A DNA stretch of 64,000 nucleotides, from NCBI GenBank assembly GCA_951406725.2, contig OX597839.1, positions 30,876,001-30,940,000 on the forward strand. Reading direction: 5' to 3'. The notes below the pieces were generated by a model, which saw nothing but the letters and a program-made list of their open reading frames with translations, made no database searches and was not told where the DNA came from. The position numbers were made by a program, and so were the translations under genes. Below, piece by piece: positions 13,417-26,711 of this stretch. How positions within the stretch are numbered: position 1 is the first letter of the stretch; every line of letters starts with the position of its first letter. This DNA comes from Octopus vulgaris (taxonomy: Eukaryota).

Positions 13417-13901
13417 TATGACGTAAAGTATACTAGCCATCTCAATATGGCTAACCACCCTTAGTGGTTAGCCACACTGAGATGGCTAGTATACTATACG
13501 TTGTCGAGCGGTTACTGTTTACATCTCGTTCAGAGATTTATTGTTGCTTGCAGACAGTTTTTCGAAATCAGTGACGGAAGTTACTGGAAAAACAATAAAT
13601 AAGGATTTGCAAACGGTCTCCCTTTCATCGTAAACCGGGGACTGCCGTACGCCGAAGACAGGCAAATACCTAGAAACTGCAGTCCGTGCGTATCACTTAG
13701 GTTGACGAGAGAGGGATGGCTTCCCTTTGCAAATACAATAAGTGCACAGAAAGTGTGCCTAAAGCCAGCTGGAGACGATGATCTCCTGGGGCTACAAGCT
13801 ACAGTAACACCCACCCTTAGTGGTTAGCCATACTGAGATGGCTAGTATACCTCACATTGTCGTGCAGTTACTGTTTACATCTCGTCTAGATATTTATTAT
13901 T
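13417..13901 (+). mobile_element. Non-autonomous retrozyme/Penelope-like element with 12-bp TSD
   Basis: ACTATCTCCACT at 13405-13416 and 13902-13913. Direct repeats of about 90 bp start at 13455 and 13811 (period 356). An inverted 5' segment forms a hairpin at 13422-13500. Internal hammerhead-like core. Confidence 0.75.
13646..13690 (+). ncRNA. Type I hammerhead ribozyme-like motif with U4C core variant
   Basis: Stem I cgtacg/cgtgcg. Core CCGAAGA (consensus CUGANGA). Stem II agg-caaata-cct. GAAA. Palindromic stem III ActgcagT. GUC site ending at 13684. Confidence 0.65.
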
Positions 13902-14362
13902 ACTATCTCCACTCCTGTCGCTGCCCCTTCCTGTACCCTCTCTTGCCATGTCCACCCACCCTTATATAAAGGTAGCCATGTCTCTTATCCGTAACAAGAC
14001 ACCTCTGTTTGTCCCTGGCATAAAGCCACCCCTCCTCACCCTACACACACTTAGTGAAGGTGGCTTTTCCCCCTTCCTTTCTTTTTTTATTCTTTTCTAG
14101 TCTTTCAAGCTACCCGGCAACTGCACAAGTGCTGCTGATAAGTAAAAGGTACCCCGGCGTTAGGAAGGGCACCCAGCTGTAGAAACCATGCCAGAACTGG
14201 CATTGGAGCATGGTGCAGCCTTGTGGCTGACTGGATCCTACCGAACTGTCCAACTCATGCCAGCATGGAAAACAGACAGGAATTGATCAGGATTTCCTCT
14301 GTAAATAAAAAACACGAAGTAACGATAAGACGACAGAGGTCGCTGTTGAAGAATAGAAACAG

Positions 14363-14397
<35 letters not shown>

Positions 14398-15899
14398 GGA
14401 AGTGGGGTGGAAGGGGGGGGGCAAGATATCTACTTTTAATTAACTTGCAATAAACTTCTGCGTGCTTGTTAAATGTAATCCTCTTCTATTCTTTCCTTCG
14501 TTTCAGCTCATTGGATGACGGCCATGCTGGGGCACAGACTCGAAGGTTTGTTTAGCAGAACGAATTACTTAGGAGGACAAATCTCATAACTGTTATTGCC
14601 CCGCAACATGGTCGCCCGCCTTACCCTCGGAGATGGTTTCTTTAACCCCCGCTCATTCTTCTGGAAATGTGAAAGAAAGCAAACATTTGCAACGCTACTT
14701 CCAACGATCAGTAAAAAGAGTTCCCAAAAATGAGAAGTCAACCCCAGCAGTTAAACGCATATCTTCACAAAGTCTGTCACTCGTTCTATCGATCACTTCC
14801 GTCGAACAGCGAAGAACAACGTAAACAAACCAACAGCGGTGGGTAACAAACACGCGCGTATGTTTGATGGGCTTCTTTCAGTTTTTACCAAATCTTCTCA
14901 CATGGTTTTTGTCAGCCCAGGGTTATAGTAGAGGACACTCGTGCAAGGTGCCACGCAGTGGGACTGAACCCGAGAACATATGGCTGGGAATCGAGCTCCC
15001 CGCCCACACACCCACGTCTTCGTAAATGAGAAACTGAGAGCAACATTTTTAAAAGCTGTCAGTGAAGGTTCACCACAGTTACCTCCCCTCGACCGTTCCC
15101 AACATGTCGCGTCTCGTCGCGAATGACTCGGGATTTCGCTTCAATCGTTCACCTCTTTTCCTACATTTTCTATTTCGAGGTACCCCAAACTCCAATGTTT
15201 CCATGAACAGAAAAAGGAAGAAGTGAGAATGAAATTTTGAGAAGAAAATTTGTGTTTGTGTGTGCGTTTGTTTTATTTAATGTACAACTATCGAAAAAGG
15301 GGCAACGAATGGATTCTTGATCTTATTTTAATACATTAAATGATATTTATCTCTTCTTATTGGATGGAGTAGTTTCTTTTTTTCTTTTTTGATCCTACCT
15401 TAACGGAGCAGTAAATTACAACCACATATATACATTATATATATATATACATAGAGAGAGACAGACAGGTACACCGTACATTTCCGCATAATTTTTTTTT
15501 TTAATTCAGAAAAAAGCAGCCGAAGACTGCGAGGGAAGGGTTTCTTTTTATTTATTGAAATTTTACAAAAATTTTTGGCAAATTATTTTCAGAATCATAA
15601 TCCCAGTATTTTTCCGTATATTTAAAAAAAAAAAAAAGACTTCTGAAAAAAGTAGCCGTAACCTGTACCAAACTTTATTATTCTTGAGAGGACAAGGATT
15701 GCCAACATTACTTTTGAATCTGCCGGATTCAGTTTTAGTATTCTCGTTTGTGAGAGAAATCGAGTTTAAGACCTTCTCGTATTAAAAAAATCGTCTCTGA
15801 CTGTTGAATTGGGGGAGGTTGGCTTTTGCTCATCATGAATGAGTGTGAATGAGTCTAAAACTATTGAAAAGGTTGCACGACGCAACGAAAATTTCAGAA

Positions 15900-16706
15900 G
15901 AATAAAGAAGTGGAAATTTCACCGGTGAATTTGTTAAATTATAAGGAAACTAAAAGAGAACGACTCTCCCCAGACACAACAGTATATAATTATTATTTGA
16001 GGGAATAAAATCCAAACTTATAGAATGGCATAACGAATGGTTAGGTTTTTATAAATGAAAAAGGTTCAACACTAAAAAAGAAGAGAAACTTTTAAGCCAA
16101 ATAGAAAATAAAAAACGAAATAATTTGTTTTAGTTATTGATTATTAATTGACGAAATTAATTAAGCAAAGAAGATATTAGGTTCTGCGATAGGTAAACTT
16201 TGTTAGTTCTTCATAAAAATGAAGTTTAACGAAGTTAATTGAAAATCAATTAATTAAATCGAGAGAAAGATTTCTCTCAGCCACGGGCAAGGAGCGACCG
16301 CCGGGGCTTTCCCCATCATGAAGAAAAAATGACTATGAAATGTATTTAGTGATTCGACCGCTTTATCGGAAAGGATTTGCCCATGACTGAGAGAAAAACG
16401 ATTTTGAAACTGAAAAGGTTAACTTAAGCGTGACGGAGTCGGTTCTGCTTGGCTGGTTCCCTTCGCAACGGAAGTTGAAACTGAGCACCACCTGGCGACA
16501 GGAGATTATTGCAGGGGGAGATAAGGAGGGAGTGCTTGTAAAACTAGTGTTAGAGATTACAACAGTCGCGAACGCTCTGCCGCCTGACGGGACTTTCCGA
16601 ATGACACGCCCCCCCCCACCATCTTGAATGGTTTAGTAATGCGGCCCGCCTAGTAATGAACCATGTCTCATGCGGCCCGCTTTTTGCAGAAGGTTGCACA
16701 TGCTTG
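15900..16706 (+). mobile_element. Highly decayed hAT-related transposon 3' part
   Basis: LSHGQ...RGF-like remnant at about 16275-16310. Terminal gcggcccgc repeats and aggttgcacatgcttg end. Confidence 0.35.
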
Positions 16707-16929
16707 GCTTTGGGTTTATTATATTAGGTTAAACATAGATTAGGGTAATAAGTAATATTATTAATTATGGCTAATGACTTTTGTAGCTAATTGTGGTGAA
16801 ATGTCATTTTAGTTTATGTGAACTAGAAAAATATGTGGAAATAGTTTAATATGGGTGGGGGTGAGTAGTAGTAGGAGGAGGAAGAGGAGGTTAGTTTAGC
16901 CCGAGTATATGTGTGTGCGTGTATGTATG

Positions 16930-17440
16930 TCATCATCATCGTTTAACGTCCGTTCTCCATGCTAGCATGGGTTGCACGGTTCGACCGGGTCTGGGAAGCC
17001 AGGAGGCTGCACCAGGCTCCAGTCTGATCTGGCAATGTTTCTACAGCTGGATGCCCTTCCTAATGCCAACCACTCCGTGAGTGTAGTGGGTGCTTTTTAC
17101 GTGCCACCGCACAGGTGCCAGGCGAGCCTGGCAATGGCCATGATCGGTTGGTGCTTTTTACGGGCCACCGGCATGGAAGCCAGTCAAGGCGGCACTGGCA
17201 TCGCCACGTTCGGATGGTGCTTTTTACATGCCACTGGCACAGGGATCACAACTACAATTTCCATTTGATTTTTTGATGTTGATGCACTTGACTCAATAGG
17301 TCACCTCAAGCACAGTGTGTGTATATATATATCATCATCATCCTTTAACATCCGCTTTCCATGCTAGCTTGGGTTGGACGATTTGACTGAAGACTGGTGA
17401 ACCAGATGGCTGCGCCAGGCTCCAATCTGATCTGGCACAG
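16930..17440 (-). mobile_element. Two RTE 3'-end fragments (same family as 26.0-27.2 kb)
   Basis: (TCA)n tail followed by tttaacgtccg..ccatgctagcatgggtt..ctacagctggatgcccttcctaa. Other copies near 14150, 24910, 31470, 32040, 32730, 40505, 45125 and 58320. Confidence 0.85.
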
Positions 17441-18049
17441 CATTATATGTGTATATATATATATATATATATTGTGAGGCAGGAAATATATACCGTAGAT
17501 GTTTTGTCCCACACACAAATTTCAGGAGCAACTTAGAAATATATCTAAATACCTCCTGCACACACGTACACATGCACTCAGCTGTACAAGAACTCAGTTT
17601 TGAAGACGTGGGTGAGTCTTCTCATGAAGCACATATTACCCACCAACTGACTCTTATGTCATCTCCTCTGTGGGGTACAATGTCCTGAGATCAGTCTTCA
17701 CCACCTCGTCTCAAACCTTCTTGAGTCTCCCTCTACAGTTTCCATCCACATCTAATGATAGGCCCTTCTTTATATGGTGATCCTTGTCCCTACGCCCACA
17801 CCAGTGCTGTCTTCTTTCTTGCACATTATATTCAACCCTTCTCACAAGCCCAGTTTTCCACACACCACATTCACATCAGGTCCTCTACGCATTCTTATAA
17901 TTCTATTCCGTGCCCAACAGAGCATGCTTGCTTCATTTCTTTCCACTGTTGTACTTCCCCCATGCTGTCCAACCCAGGTATTATGCATAAACTTATCTGA
18001 AGATTTTTTGCTCTCCTTCATAACAGAATGAAGCTTTTTATATTTTTCA

Positions 18050-19110
18050 TGGTTTTCAACAAGCTTTAGCATCCAGTCGTTGGCTGCTTCAAGGTATTTT
18101 GCTAGTCAAGTTGTGGTGGTTTTGTAGGTTTCAAACTGGATCAAGCCTCGACCTCCTTGAGCTCTGGGTAGGTAAAGACGATCTGCGTCTGCCTTTGGGT
18201 GGTGCATCTTAGAGGTTTTCCTGTCTATCTTCCTTATTTCGCTCATATTCCAGTTCAATACATTGAAACTGTAAATAACAACTGCAACTGCTTAGGAATT
18301 TATAGCAAACACCTTGTTGTGTAAATTCAACTTGGATATCAGGACTGCTCGAACTCTCCTGTAACATACCTTCCTGATCTTCTCTTTCATACTTGCACGT
18401 TGAATGACAGAGCCCTCATTTATTCTGAGGTATTTCTAAGTTTGTTCCTGCTCGAGTTCTTTTATGACTGTGTCAGCATCCAACGCCACTGAATGTGAGG
18501 TCTTCAGTTTCCCTTTCTGGAAACTGGCCTTGGCACATTTTTCAAGACCAAATTCTACCCCAATGTCATCACTGAATGCTTCCACAGTACAAAGTAGTCC
18601 TTCAAGCTCATTATCGTCTTTGCCATAGAGTGTTAAGTCATCCATATAAAACAGATGAATTATTTTCTTGTCTCCAATTTTATATCCATACCCTGTTCTG
18701 TTAAGTTCACTAGTAAGGGGTATTAGGGTTATGCAGAAAATTAAAGGCGAAAGTGGGTCACTTTGGAAAATGATGATATTAATATTTTTGTGGTCAGTAC
18801 TCCATTAGAGTGGTATAACTGGAGATTCGTATTCCACATTGACATGTTGTGCTTCAGGAAGTTTGAAATCACAGGAGAAATTTTGAAGATATCCAGTGAT
18901 TTCCAGGTCCATGAATGTGCTATACTGTCTTTTTATAATCAATCCATGCAGAACTGAGATTTCTGCATTTGTTATGGCAGTTCTCAAGAATCCCGTGATT
19001 GATTAAGAGTTGGTCTCTGCATCCATATGAGCCTCATCAGCGACCTTTTTATTCAGTGGGGAAAATGTTCTGTTCCATAAATTTGTATGTTTTCTCCACG
19101 ATGATGGATG
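18050..19110 (-). mobile_element. Dong/R4-type non-LTR retrotransposon RT fragment
   Basis: HLFYMDDLTLYGKD...FSDDIGVEFGLEKCAK and HPKADADRLYLPR..GGRGLI motifs, with multiple disruptions. Confidence 0.8.
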
Positions 19111-19116
19111 GTAAAA

Positions 19117-19150
<34 letters not shown>

Positions 19151-19769
19151 GAGTGAAACAGTAGTGCATGCCATCAAAGTGACACTGGGGTAAAATATAC
19201 GAATCCCATATCATGACTACCCGTCTGATAAGGGTACACCAAGCACATGCATCACAGTTAGAATTTTCTTCTGGTCGAGTAACCCATCCCGCTCAAAAGG
19301 TCCCTGAATAAGGGTTGCTTAAGGATGTTGAACGAGCCACCCATGTTTCCAAAGGTGAATTATCCAGACCTCCAAGAATTCCTTTCAACACATGGCTATA
19401 ATGCTCCCCCACTACATCTGCTTGTGATCAGTGATGCACAAATTGTCAGCCACTAAGGGACATGGTCAACTGGTTAAGGTCAAACAACTGACAAGCAAAT
19501 CTGTGGTATTGAGCAGAATATTTGCTGTAGCCCATCTTTTATACCAAGACAAAACAATGGACATGATAACACTTCATTATTATTATTATTTTAAAAAGAC
19601 TGACAAAACTCCTCACAAAGGCAAATAGACAATACGAAGTGAGCGATGCGATTGCAATTGATGTTTTGTTGGTTGAATGATATTTTGACAGCTTGTCTGT
19701 CTTTGTCAAGTTCAAAATGAAAAGTGATACATAGAAATTCAAAATTATAAAACTTCAAATTCAAAAATT

Positions 19770-20900
19770 GGAATGAGGCAACCAGCGTTCCCACGGTGAT
19801 GGAATGACATCATCAGTCTTCAATTTCCAAGTTTACAACTGGAAAAAAGAAAAGGGAAAAGAAGACTATTCAACCAAACAGTTTTGTGTAAAGGGTATGA
19901 TATTAATAACCCACAAACAGATTTCTCCTCATGCATTTTGAGGACTGAATGTGTAGTAGATTCAGAATATCTTCTGAGAATATCCACTTTCAAGTCTTTT
20001 TCAAAATTACAGCCATTTTATATTCAAGGTCTGTCGAACTAGGGTTATTCTTCTTGGTACTATATCTGTGACATTAAATCTTTTGTTTAATTGTTCCATT
20101 GTACAACCAACATAAGTTGTGTTTGATGCATTCTACTGCGTACACTAAATGGGAATCTCTCTACGTCTCACCTTTCATATAAAGCATAACATTTCTGTTA
20201 TGATTCCTGATGGAATTCACTTGGCTCATGTGGTTGCACATTGAACAGGGTTTACCTCTCTTGCAACTGTTCTTCAAGGTACGGTGTGCAGAAACTCCAA
20301 TGTCAGTTGGAGTCAGAAGTAGAAGTTAATAGTTCTCATATTTTTATTCTGTCTAAAGGCTAAAAAGGCGACTGAAGAAATATACGTTTAAAATGAGAAC
20401 ATCTTTCCACAACATTCTGGTACCTTTCATGGAACACCTTTGAAATACCAGTGAAATTTCGGTGCCACTAACCTTAGCTATGCCATTTGCAATTTCCTTT
20501 AATCGTGATTTACTGTAACTGCATTTGACATGCCAGTGTACAAAAACATTTGAATGTTTCCAGTAATCCCTAATATCAGTACAAATCCATTTTATCCTAA
20601 AAAATTGGGATTTGGGATTTGACTAAATTATATGATGTGGATGATCGGAGCAGTGGTGGAGGTAAATGTGGGATGATTTGGGCTTGCAAAATAACTCTGT
20701 CACTATTCTGCCTCTAGAAAACTTAACTTTGAAAAACTAGACGTAAATTTTATGTTTGACTTAAAGCCATAGTTTTTAGCAAAACAGTCACAGAAATGCA
20801 AGAAGTCTATTAAACTATCCTGTGATCCTTCCCAGACAAAAAAGACATCATCAATGAACCATAACCAAATTATTGGTTCATGACCACGAAGGGATTTGAA
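19770..20900 (-). mobile_element. Decayed Penelope-like element (RT + GIY-YIG endonuclease)
   Basis: Minus-strand translations WLWFIDDVFFVWEGS (about 20825-20870), HLVYAVEC and TYVGCTMEQLNKRF (about 20075-20155). Degenerate hammerhead-like motif at 19774-19822. Confidence 0.75.
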
Positions 20901-21158
20901 TGTCTTCAGTAACTGTGTCTTGAATTTGGGTCTATTATTTTAAATACCTGTATGAAATATGTCTCAGAAAATAATTTAAACATTACACATGCATTCGCAC
21001 ACTCACACATCGCTCTATACTGATGCAGACTGAAAAGGCAGAACTGTGAAGTCATGACAAAGATATTTCTAGTATTAGTTTGGGTAGACCCAACCCACAT
21101 TATCTACCCAAGTATCACTTCCTTGTGGGTATGTAGATGCGTGTGTGTGTGTATACAC

Positions 21159-21685
21159 AAGGTCTGATCAATAAGTATCCAGAATATTGCCATAGCAACG
21201 AAGCTAAAGCATGGAAAGTGAAGCCAGTTGGCATGGATTGACTTTGAACTCTGCTGTGTGTGGGTACTAAGTTTTAACATTGTAGCTCACATCTGCTGTT
21301 TACAGCAGTGCTTGGAAGGAAGGTGTGTAGCGTGTGATCATCACATCAACTATGACAGAAAAAGCTGTCATAGCGATACCTGCTCAGAGGCCTATGCAAG
21401 GTTGCAGAAGGTGTATGGAGAGGGGTGTATGAGCCGTACACAAGTGTCTGTCTGAGTGGTTCAGACATTTCCAAGATGGCCAAAAATATGTTGATATTGA
21501 TGAACAACCAGAAGAACTGAGAAAATCATGGCAGCTGTGAGGGGAAATTGTCAATTCACCATCCTTATCAGAGGATGTGCAGATTAATTACGGTTCAGTT
21601 CAGTCCATTATCTCTGAAGATTTGGGTAGGAGACACATGTCTGCCAAGTTTGTGCCAAAACTGCTTTCAGCTGACCAAGAGGATT
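21159..21685 (+). mobile_element. 5' fragment of a mariner transposon
   Basis: TIR-like aaggtctgatcaataagtatcc. N-terminal HTH EAYARLQKVYGEGCMSRTQV. KFVPKLLS-like segment near 21647-21670. Confidence 0.75.
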
Positions 21686-22320
21686 AGTGGAGGGGAGGTG
21701 CAATGACGTTCTTGGGCAGAATCTGGGCGTCGACGAGGAACACCTGACAAGCTTGTTCAGGACAACTTTCGGGCCGGGACCTATGAACAATCACCACAGA
21801 TCCCTGGCCTGGCAGTGCTATCGATAAGCATTACCTATTCGGGAAAAGCTATACCAGCATGGTTTGAGACAAACCGGACCGAATTGCCCGAGATGCGGTC
21901 AAGGCGACGAAACCATTCTGCATGCACACATGCAGTGTCCAACCATTTCGGACCTGTGGGCTTATGCCAAACAGCTGCTGTCCCATGTGGGACGAGTCCA
22001 CCTGTTGGTCGAGTCTATTATGGCTATTGCTCCGCCACCTTCCCTCAACTGGGAAGGCAAGGCAGTCTTCATCGGACTGGTGGCCATGGTGAAAGAATGT
22101 GTGTGGTGGACTCAAGCGAAAGGATTAGAGACAAACACTTACCTCTCTGGCCAATCGCTCATCAACTTTTTCAAGTACCACTTCAAAAGGAAGGTGAGAA
22201 TGGAGAAGCAGGTTTTGTCTCATGAAAGTTTTTTAAAAAAGTGGGTGATTGTAGCAAAGATGATGCGTGTGATTGACAAAACCACTTTGACAATTGGTAT
22301 TGGTTTGTTTATGTTCCCCT
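21686..22320 (+). mobile_element. L1/Tx1-type LINE ORF2 3' end (CCHC zinc knuckle)
   Basis: CPRCGQGDETILHAHMQCP motif in ORF 21864-22322. Abuts the truncated mariner. Confidence 0.8.
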
Positions 22321-22657
22321 AACTTAGCAGAGAGGAACTGATAGAATAAGGACCAGGCTTTAAATAATAAGATGGGGTCGATTCGTTCAACTAAAATTCC
22401 CCAAAACAGTGCCCCAGCATGGCTGCAATTTAATGACTGAAACAAGTAAAGGCTAAAAGACGTGTGTGTGTGTGTGTGTGTGCACGTGCATATGTGTGTA
22501 TATGCACATCTGCATGTGTATATATGTGTGTGTGTATGTGTCTATGTAAGTACATGTGTGTGTGTGTGTGTATGTTTGTGTATAGGCATGCATATATGCA
22601 TACATACATATACACAAAAATATATGCATGTACACACAGCATAGTAGTAGTAGCAGT

Positions 22658-22688
<31 letters not shown>

Positions 22689-23753
22689 ATAGTAGTAGTA
22701 ATAGTAGTAGTAGTAAGTACTATATGCTGCAATAGTCTGCATGACTGACAGCAAATCTTTTGAAAGTTTGAAAATAAAAAAGAAACTGAAAAACAAACAA
22801 AAACTCAAGAAAAAAAAGGGACATTTTTTTCTTTTAATCAAAAATATTTTATAATTTTAAACGGGTGGAAGACCCATTATAATGAAATTAATCTTTAGAT
22901 GAAACACATTGAAGAGAAGGGTTTATTTAAGGGTTTAGAAAAATATGCTTGGTGGCTGCGTTGAAGAGATAATGTCTGAAGAGGAGAGATTGTTGTGATT
23001 ACAGAGGAAAGGGGATACTTTGGGAAACGGAGAAGAAAACAGATTGGGGGCGGGGACAGCCGGGTGATGTAGGCAAGAGGGACAGCCAAGGGAATTTAGA
23101 CAGGCAAAAAGGGGTACTTGAAGAAGGGAATTTAGATATACAGAAAGGGATACGGAGACAGATGAGGAAGGAATTTTAGATAGAAAAGAGGATACCCGGT
23201 TGGATGAGAAATAGACTTTAGATACACAAAGAGGGATGGGCGAGGAAGGAAATTTAGAAGTACAGAGAGGGATGTTCATGTAGGTGGATTGGAGAATTTA
23301 ATATCAGCCAGGGTGGAGGGGGAGAATCTGTGGGTAAAAGGTCACAGAATTTGATTAGTCTGACAAGACGGAAGGTGTGGATTTGGGGACAGAACTGCAT
23401 GGTGTAGATGTGGGAGTGGAATGTTTTGGCAGTGAACACACCAACAGCTTTTATGTCAGTCACAGGGGGGGGGGTCGATGGAAGGGACTAGCAGACTGAT
23501 ATATGGTAATGACTGCCTGTTAGAAGAGAGAAGAAGAAGATATTATTCCTGCCTGCTGCTAATGGACTTGTCACACACTGGAATGCAAAGAACTTCCATG
23601 GAACATCCTCTAAACCAGTGCTGTACAACATTTTCCAAAAGAGGGTCCAGGAAATTCACAAGAAAATTTTCATGCAACAACAAATAGGAATTTATTGTTA
23701 ATTGCATAACGGGAGAAATTTTTCGTTAGCAAATTAACCCTAACCCTTTAAAG

Positions 23754-24330
23754 CAGTGGGTCTCAGCCCTTTTTTTTTACCTATGGACCCCTTTGATTCC
23801 TATGTTACTAGGATGGACGTTCATACCCTTTCCATGTTCAACCAAATCCTACAAAAAAATTGTTCAAATATTTTAAATATTTTACGCATTGTCAAAGTCT
23901 GAAATATTCCCCTGTAGCCATGCTGGAGCACTGTTTTTAATTGAACAAATCAACCCCAGGACTTATTTTTTAGGCCCAGCACTTATTCTATCAGTCTATT
24001 TTGCTGAGCCGCTAGGTTACAGGGATGTAAACACACCAACACTGATTGTCAAACAGCGATGGGGGAACAAACACAGACTCAAAGACACACATACATAAAT
24101 ATATATAAATATATATATATATGACAGGCTTCTTTCAGTTTCCATCTACCAAATTCACTCACAAGGCTTTGGTCAGCCCAAGGCTATAGTAGAAGACACT
24201 TGCCCAATGTGCCACAGCCATGTCTGCACCTATCCACAAAGCCACGCCTGTGCCTGCAGATAAATTTTAACAACAAAATCTTTCATGGACCCCCAAAGGG
24301 CCCATAAGAATCCCAGCTGAGAACCCTTGC
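23754..24330. mobile_element. hAT-type MITE with nested SINE
   Basis: Ends cagtgggtctcagc / gctgagaacccttg. Body ggacccctttgattcctat shared with 28532 and 33531. SINE inserted at about 23915-24250. Confidence 0.65.
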
Positions 24331-25145
24331 ATTAGAGAGGGGAAAACACATAGCAATCATTCAAAGCCTTGTAAAGACTTAATTCCAATCAAAATCTTCT
24401 TCTCACCAACTCTTTGACCTGGTCACTGACGCAATGCCATCGCATCCCATACATTCATGAATTAGATATGTCTTTGTTGGACTGTGGCCATGCTGGAGTA
24501 CTACTTTGAAGGATTTCAGTCTACTGCAGTAAATTATTTTTGAAGTATGGCACTTATTCTATCAGTTTATTTTGCCAAACTGTTAAGTTATAGAGATGTC
24601 AACAAACCAACACAGGTTGTCAAGCAATAGTGGGGGACAAACACACACACACATCCTTTATCTTTTATTTCTTTCACTCATTGTATTGTGGCCATGCTGG
24701 GGTACCACTCTGAAGGGTTTTACTCAAACAAATCAGCATGTGATGGGCTTCTTTCAGTTTCCAAATTCACTCACAATGTTTTTATCTGCCTGGGTCTATA
24801 GAAGAGACTTGCCCAATTTGTCACACAGTGGGACTGAACCTGGAACCGTGGGGTTGGGAAGTAAACTGCTTACCACACGACTATGCCTGTCCCTATATAA
24901 ATATTATTATCATCATTTAACGTCCATTTTCCATGCGTTGGACGCTTTGACAGAAGCTGACCAACTGAAGATCTGCCATGGCTCCCTGTCTGTTTTGGCA
25001 TGGCTTCTACAGCTGGATGCCTTTCCTAATGCCAACCACTTCATAGTGTGTATTGGATGCCTTTATGCAGCACCGGCATAGGTGCTTTTATGTGGTACCA
25101 GCACCCAGGAGCTGTTATTGTCATTGTTGACAAACACAGACACAA

Positions 25146-25383
<238 letters not shown>

Positions 25384-25384
25384 G

Positions 25385-26577
25385 TAAATAGTTGATAGTT
25401 TCCGTTACCTAGGTGACCAAGTCAGCAGCGGGGGCGGGTGTGCTGAAAGTGTAACTGCTAGAGTAAGAATAGCTTGGGCAAAGTTCAGAGAGCTCTTACC
25501 TCTGCTGGTGACAAAAGGCCTCTCGCACAGAGTGAAAGGCAGACTGTATGATGCGTGTGTACGAACAGCCATGCTACATGGCAGTGAAACATGGGCCGTG
25601 ACTGCTGAGGATATGCGTAAGCTCGCTAGAAATGAAGCCAGTATGCTCCGATGGATGTGTAATGCCAGTACTCACACTCGGCAGAGTGTAAGTACCTTGA
25701 GAGAAAAGCTGGACCTAAGAAGCATCAGTTGTGGTGTGCAAGAGAGACGTTTGCGCTGGTATGGTCATGTGGCGAGAATGGATGAAGATAGTTGTGTGAA
25801 AAAGTGCCACACCCTAGCGGTTGAGGGAACCTGTGGAAGAGGCAGACCCAGGAAAACCTGGGACGAGGTGGTGAAGCACGACCTTCGAACTTTAGGTCTC
25901 ACCGAGGAAATGACTAGAGACCGAGACCTCTGGAAGTGTGCTGTGCGCGAGAAGACCCGGCAGGACAAGTGAGTCCACAACCCGTGGCCTTCTACATGGG
26001 ATGGAGCCAGCCTACGTATGCATACCTTCCCTTCTTGGGACACAAAACTCTACTTGTGAAGACGTGTTGAGGCAAGTGAGGATCAGAATCGAAATCGATC
26101 AATGGAAATTGCGGATGTGCTACCAGTGCCGGTGGCATGTCGAAACTCTGCTTGTGAAGACCCATTGAGGCAAGTGAGGATCAGAATCGAAATCGATCAA
26201 TGGAAATCGATCAATGGAAATTGCAGATGTGTTACCAGTGCCGGTGGCATGTAAGAGAACCTTCCGTTTCGCGACCGTTGCCAGCACCGCCCCGTTTCGT
26301 GTTCGTTGCCAGCCTCGCCTGGCCCTCGTGCCGGTGGCACATAAAAAACACCATCCGTTCGTGGCCGTTTGCCAGCTCTGGCTGGCACCAGTGCGGGTGG
26401 CACGTAAAAGCACCCACTACACTCACGGAGTGGTTGGCGTTAGGAAGGGCATCCAGCCGTAGAAACACTGCCAGATTTGACTGGGCCTGATGAAGCCTTC
26501 TGGCTTCACAGACCCCAGCAGAACCGTCCAACCCATGCTAGCATGGAAAACGGACGCTAAATGATGATGATGATGAT
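25385..26577 (+). mobile_element. Young 5'-truncated RTE (BovB-like) LINE: ORF C-terminus, 3' UTR and (TGA)n tail
   Basis: Uninterrupted frame 25388-25972 (FRYLGD, LHGSETW, LRWYGHVARM, GRGRPRKTW). 3' UTR ends ccatgctagcatggaaaacggacgctaaa(tga)n. Flanked by (TA)n. Confidence 0.93.
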
Positions 26578-26588
26578 ATATATGTACT

Positions 26589-26622
<34 letters not shown>

Positions 26623-26679
26623 ATATTATATTGAGGGTACTACTATTCGTAGATAAGATTTTATCCTCAATTGTTAATT

Positions 26680-26710
<31 letters not shown>

Positions 26711-26711
<1 letters not shown>

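Noticed and set aside
22880-23560. Purine-rich region with minus-strand ORFs, possibly a decayed retroelement
   Set aside because: I could not identify any diagnostic motif by eye.
26484-26520. CTGATGA followed by a hairpin in the RTE 3' UTR
   Set aside because: No GAAA box follows, and sibling copies read cctggtgcagcc.
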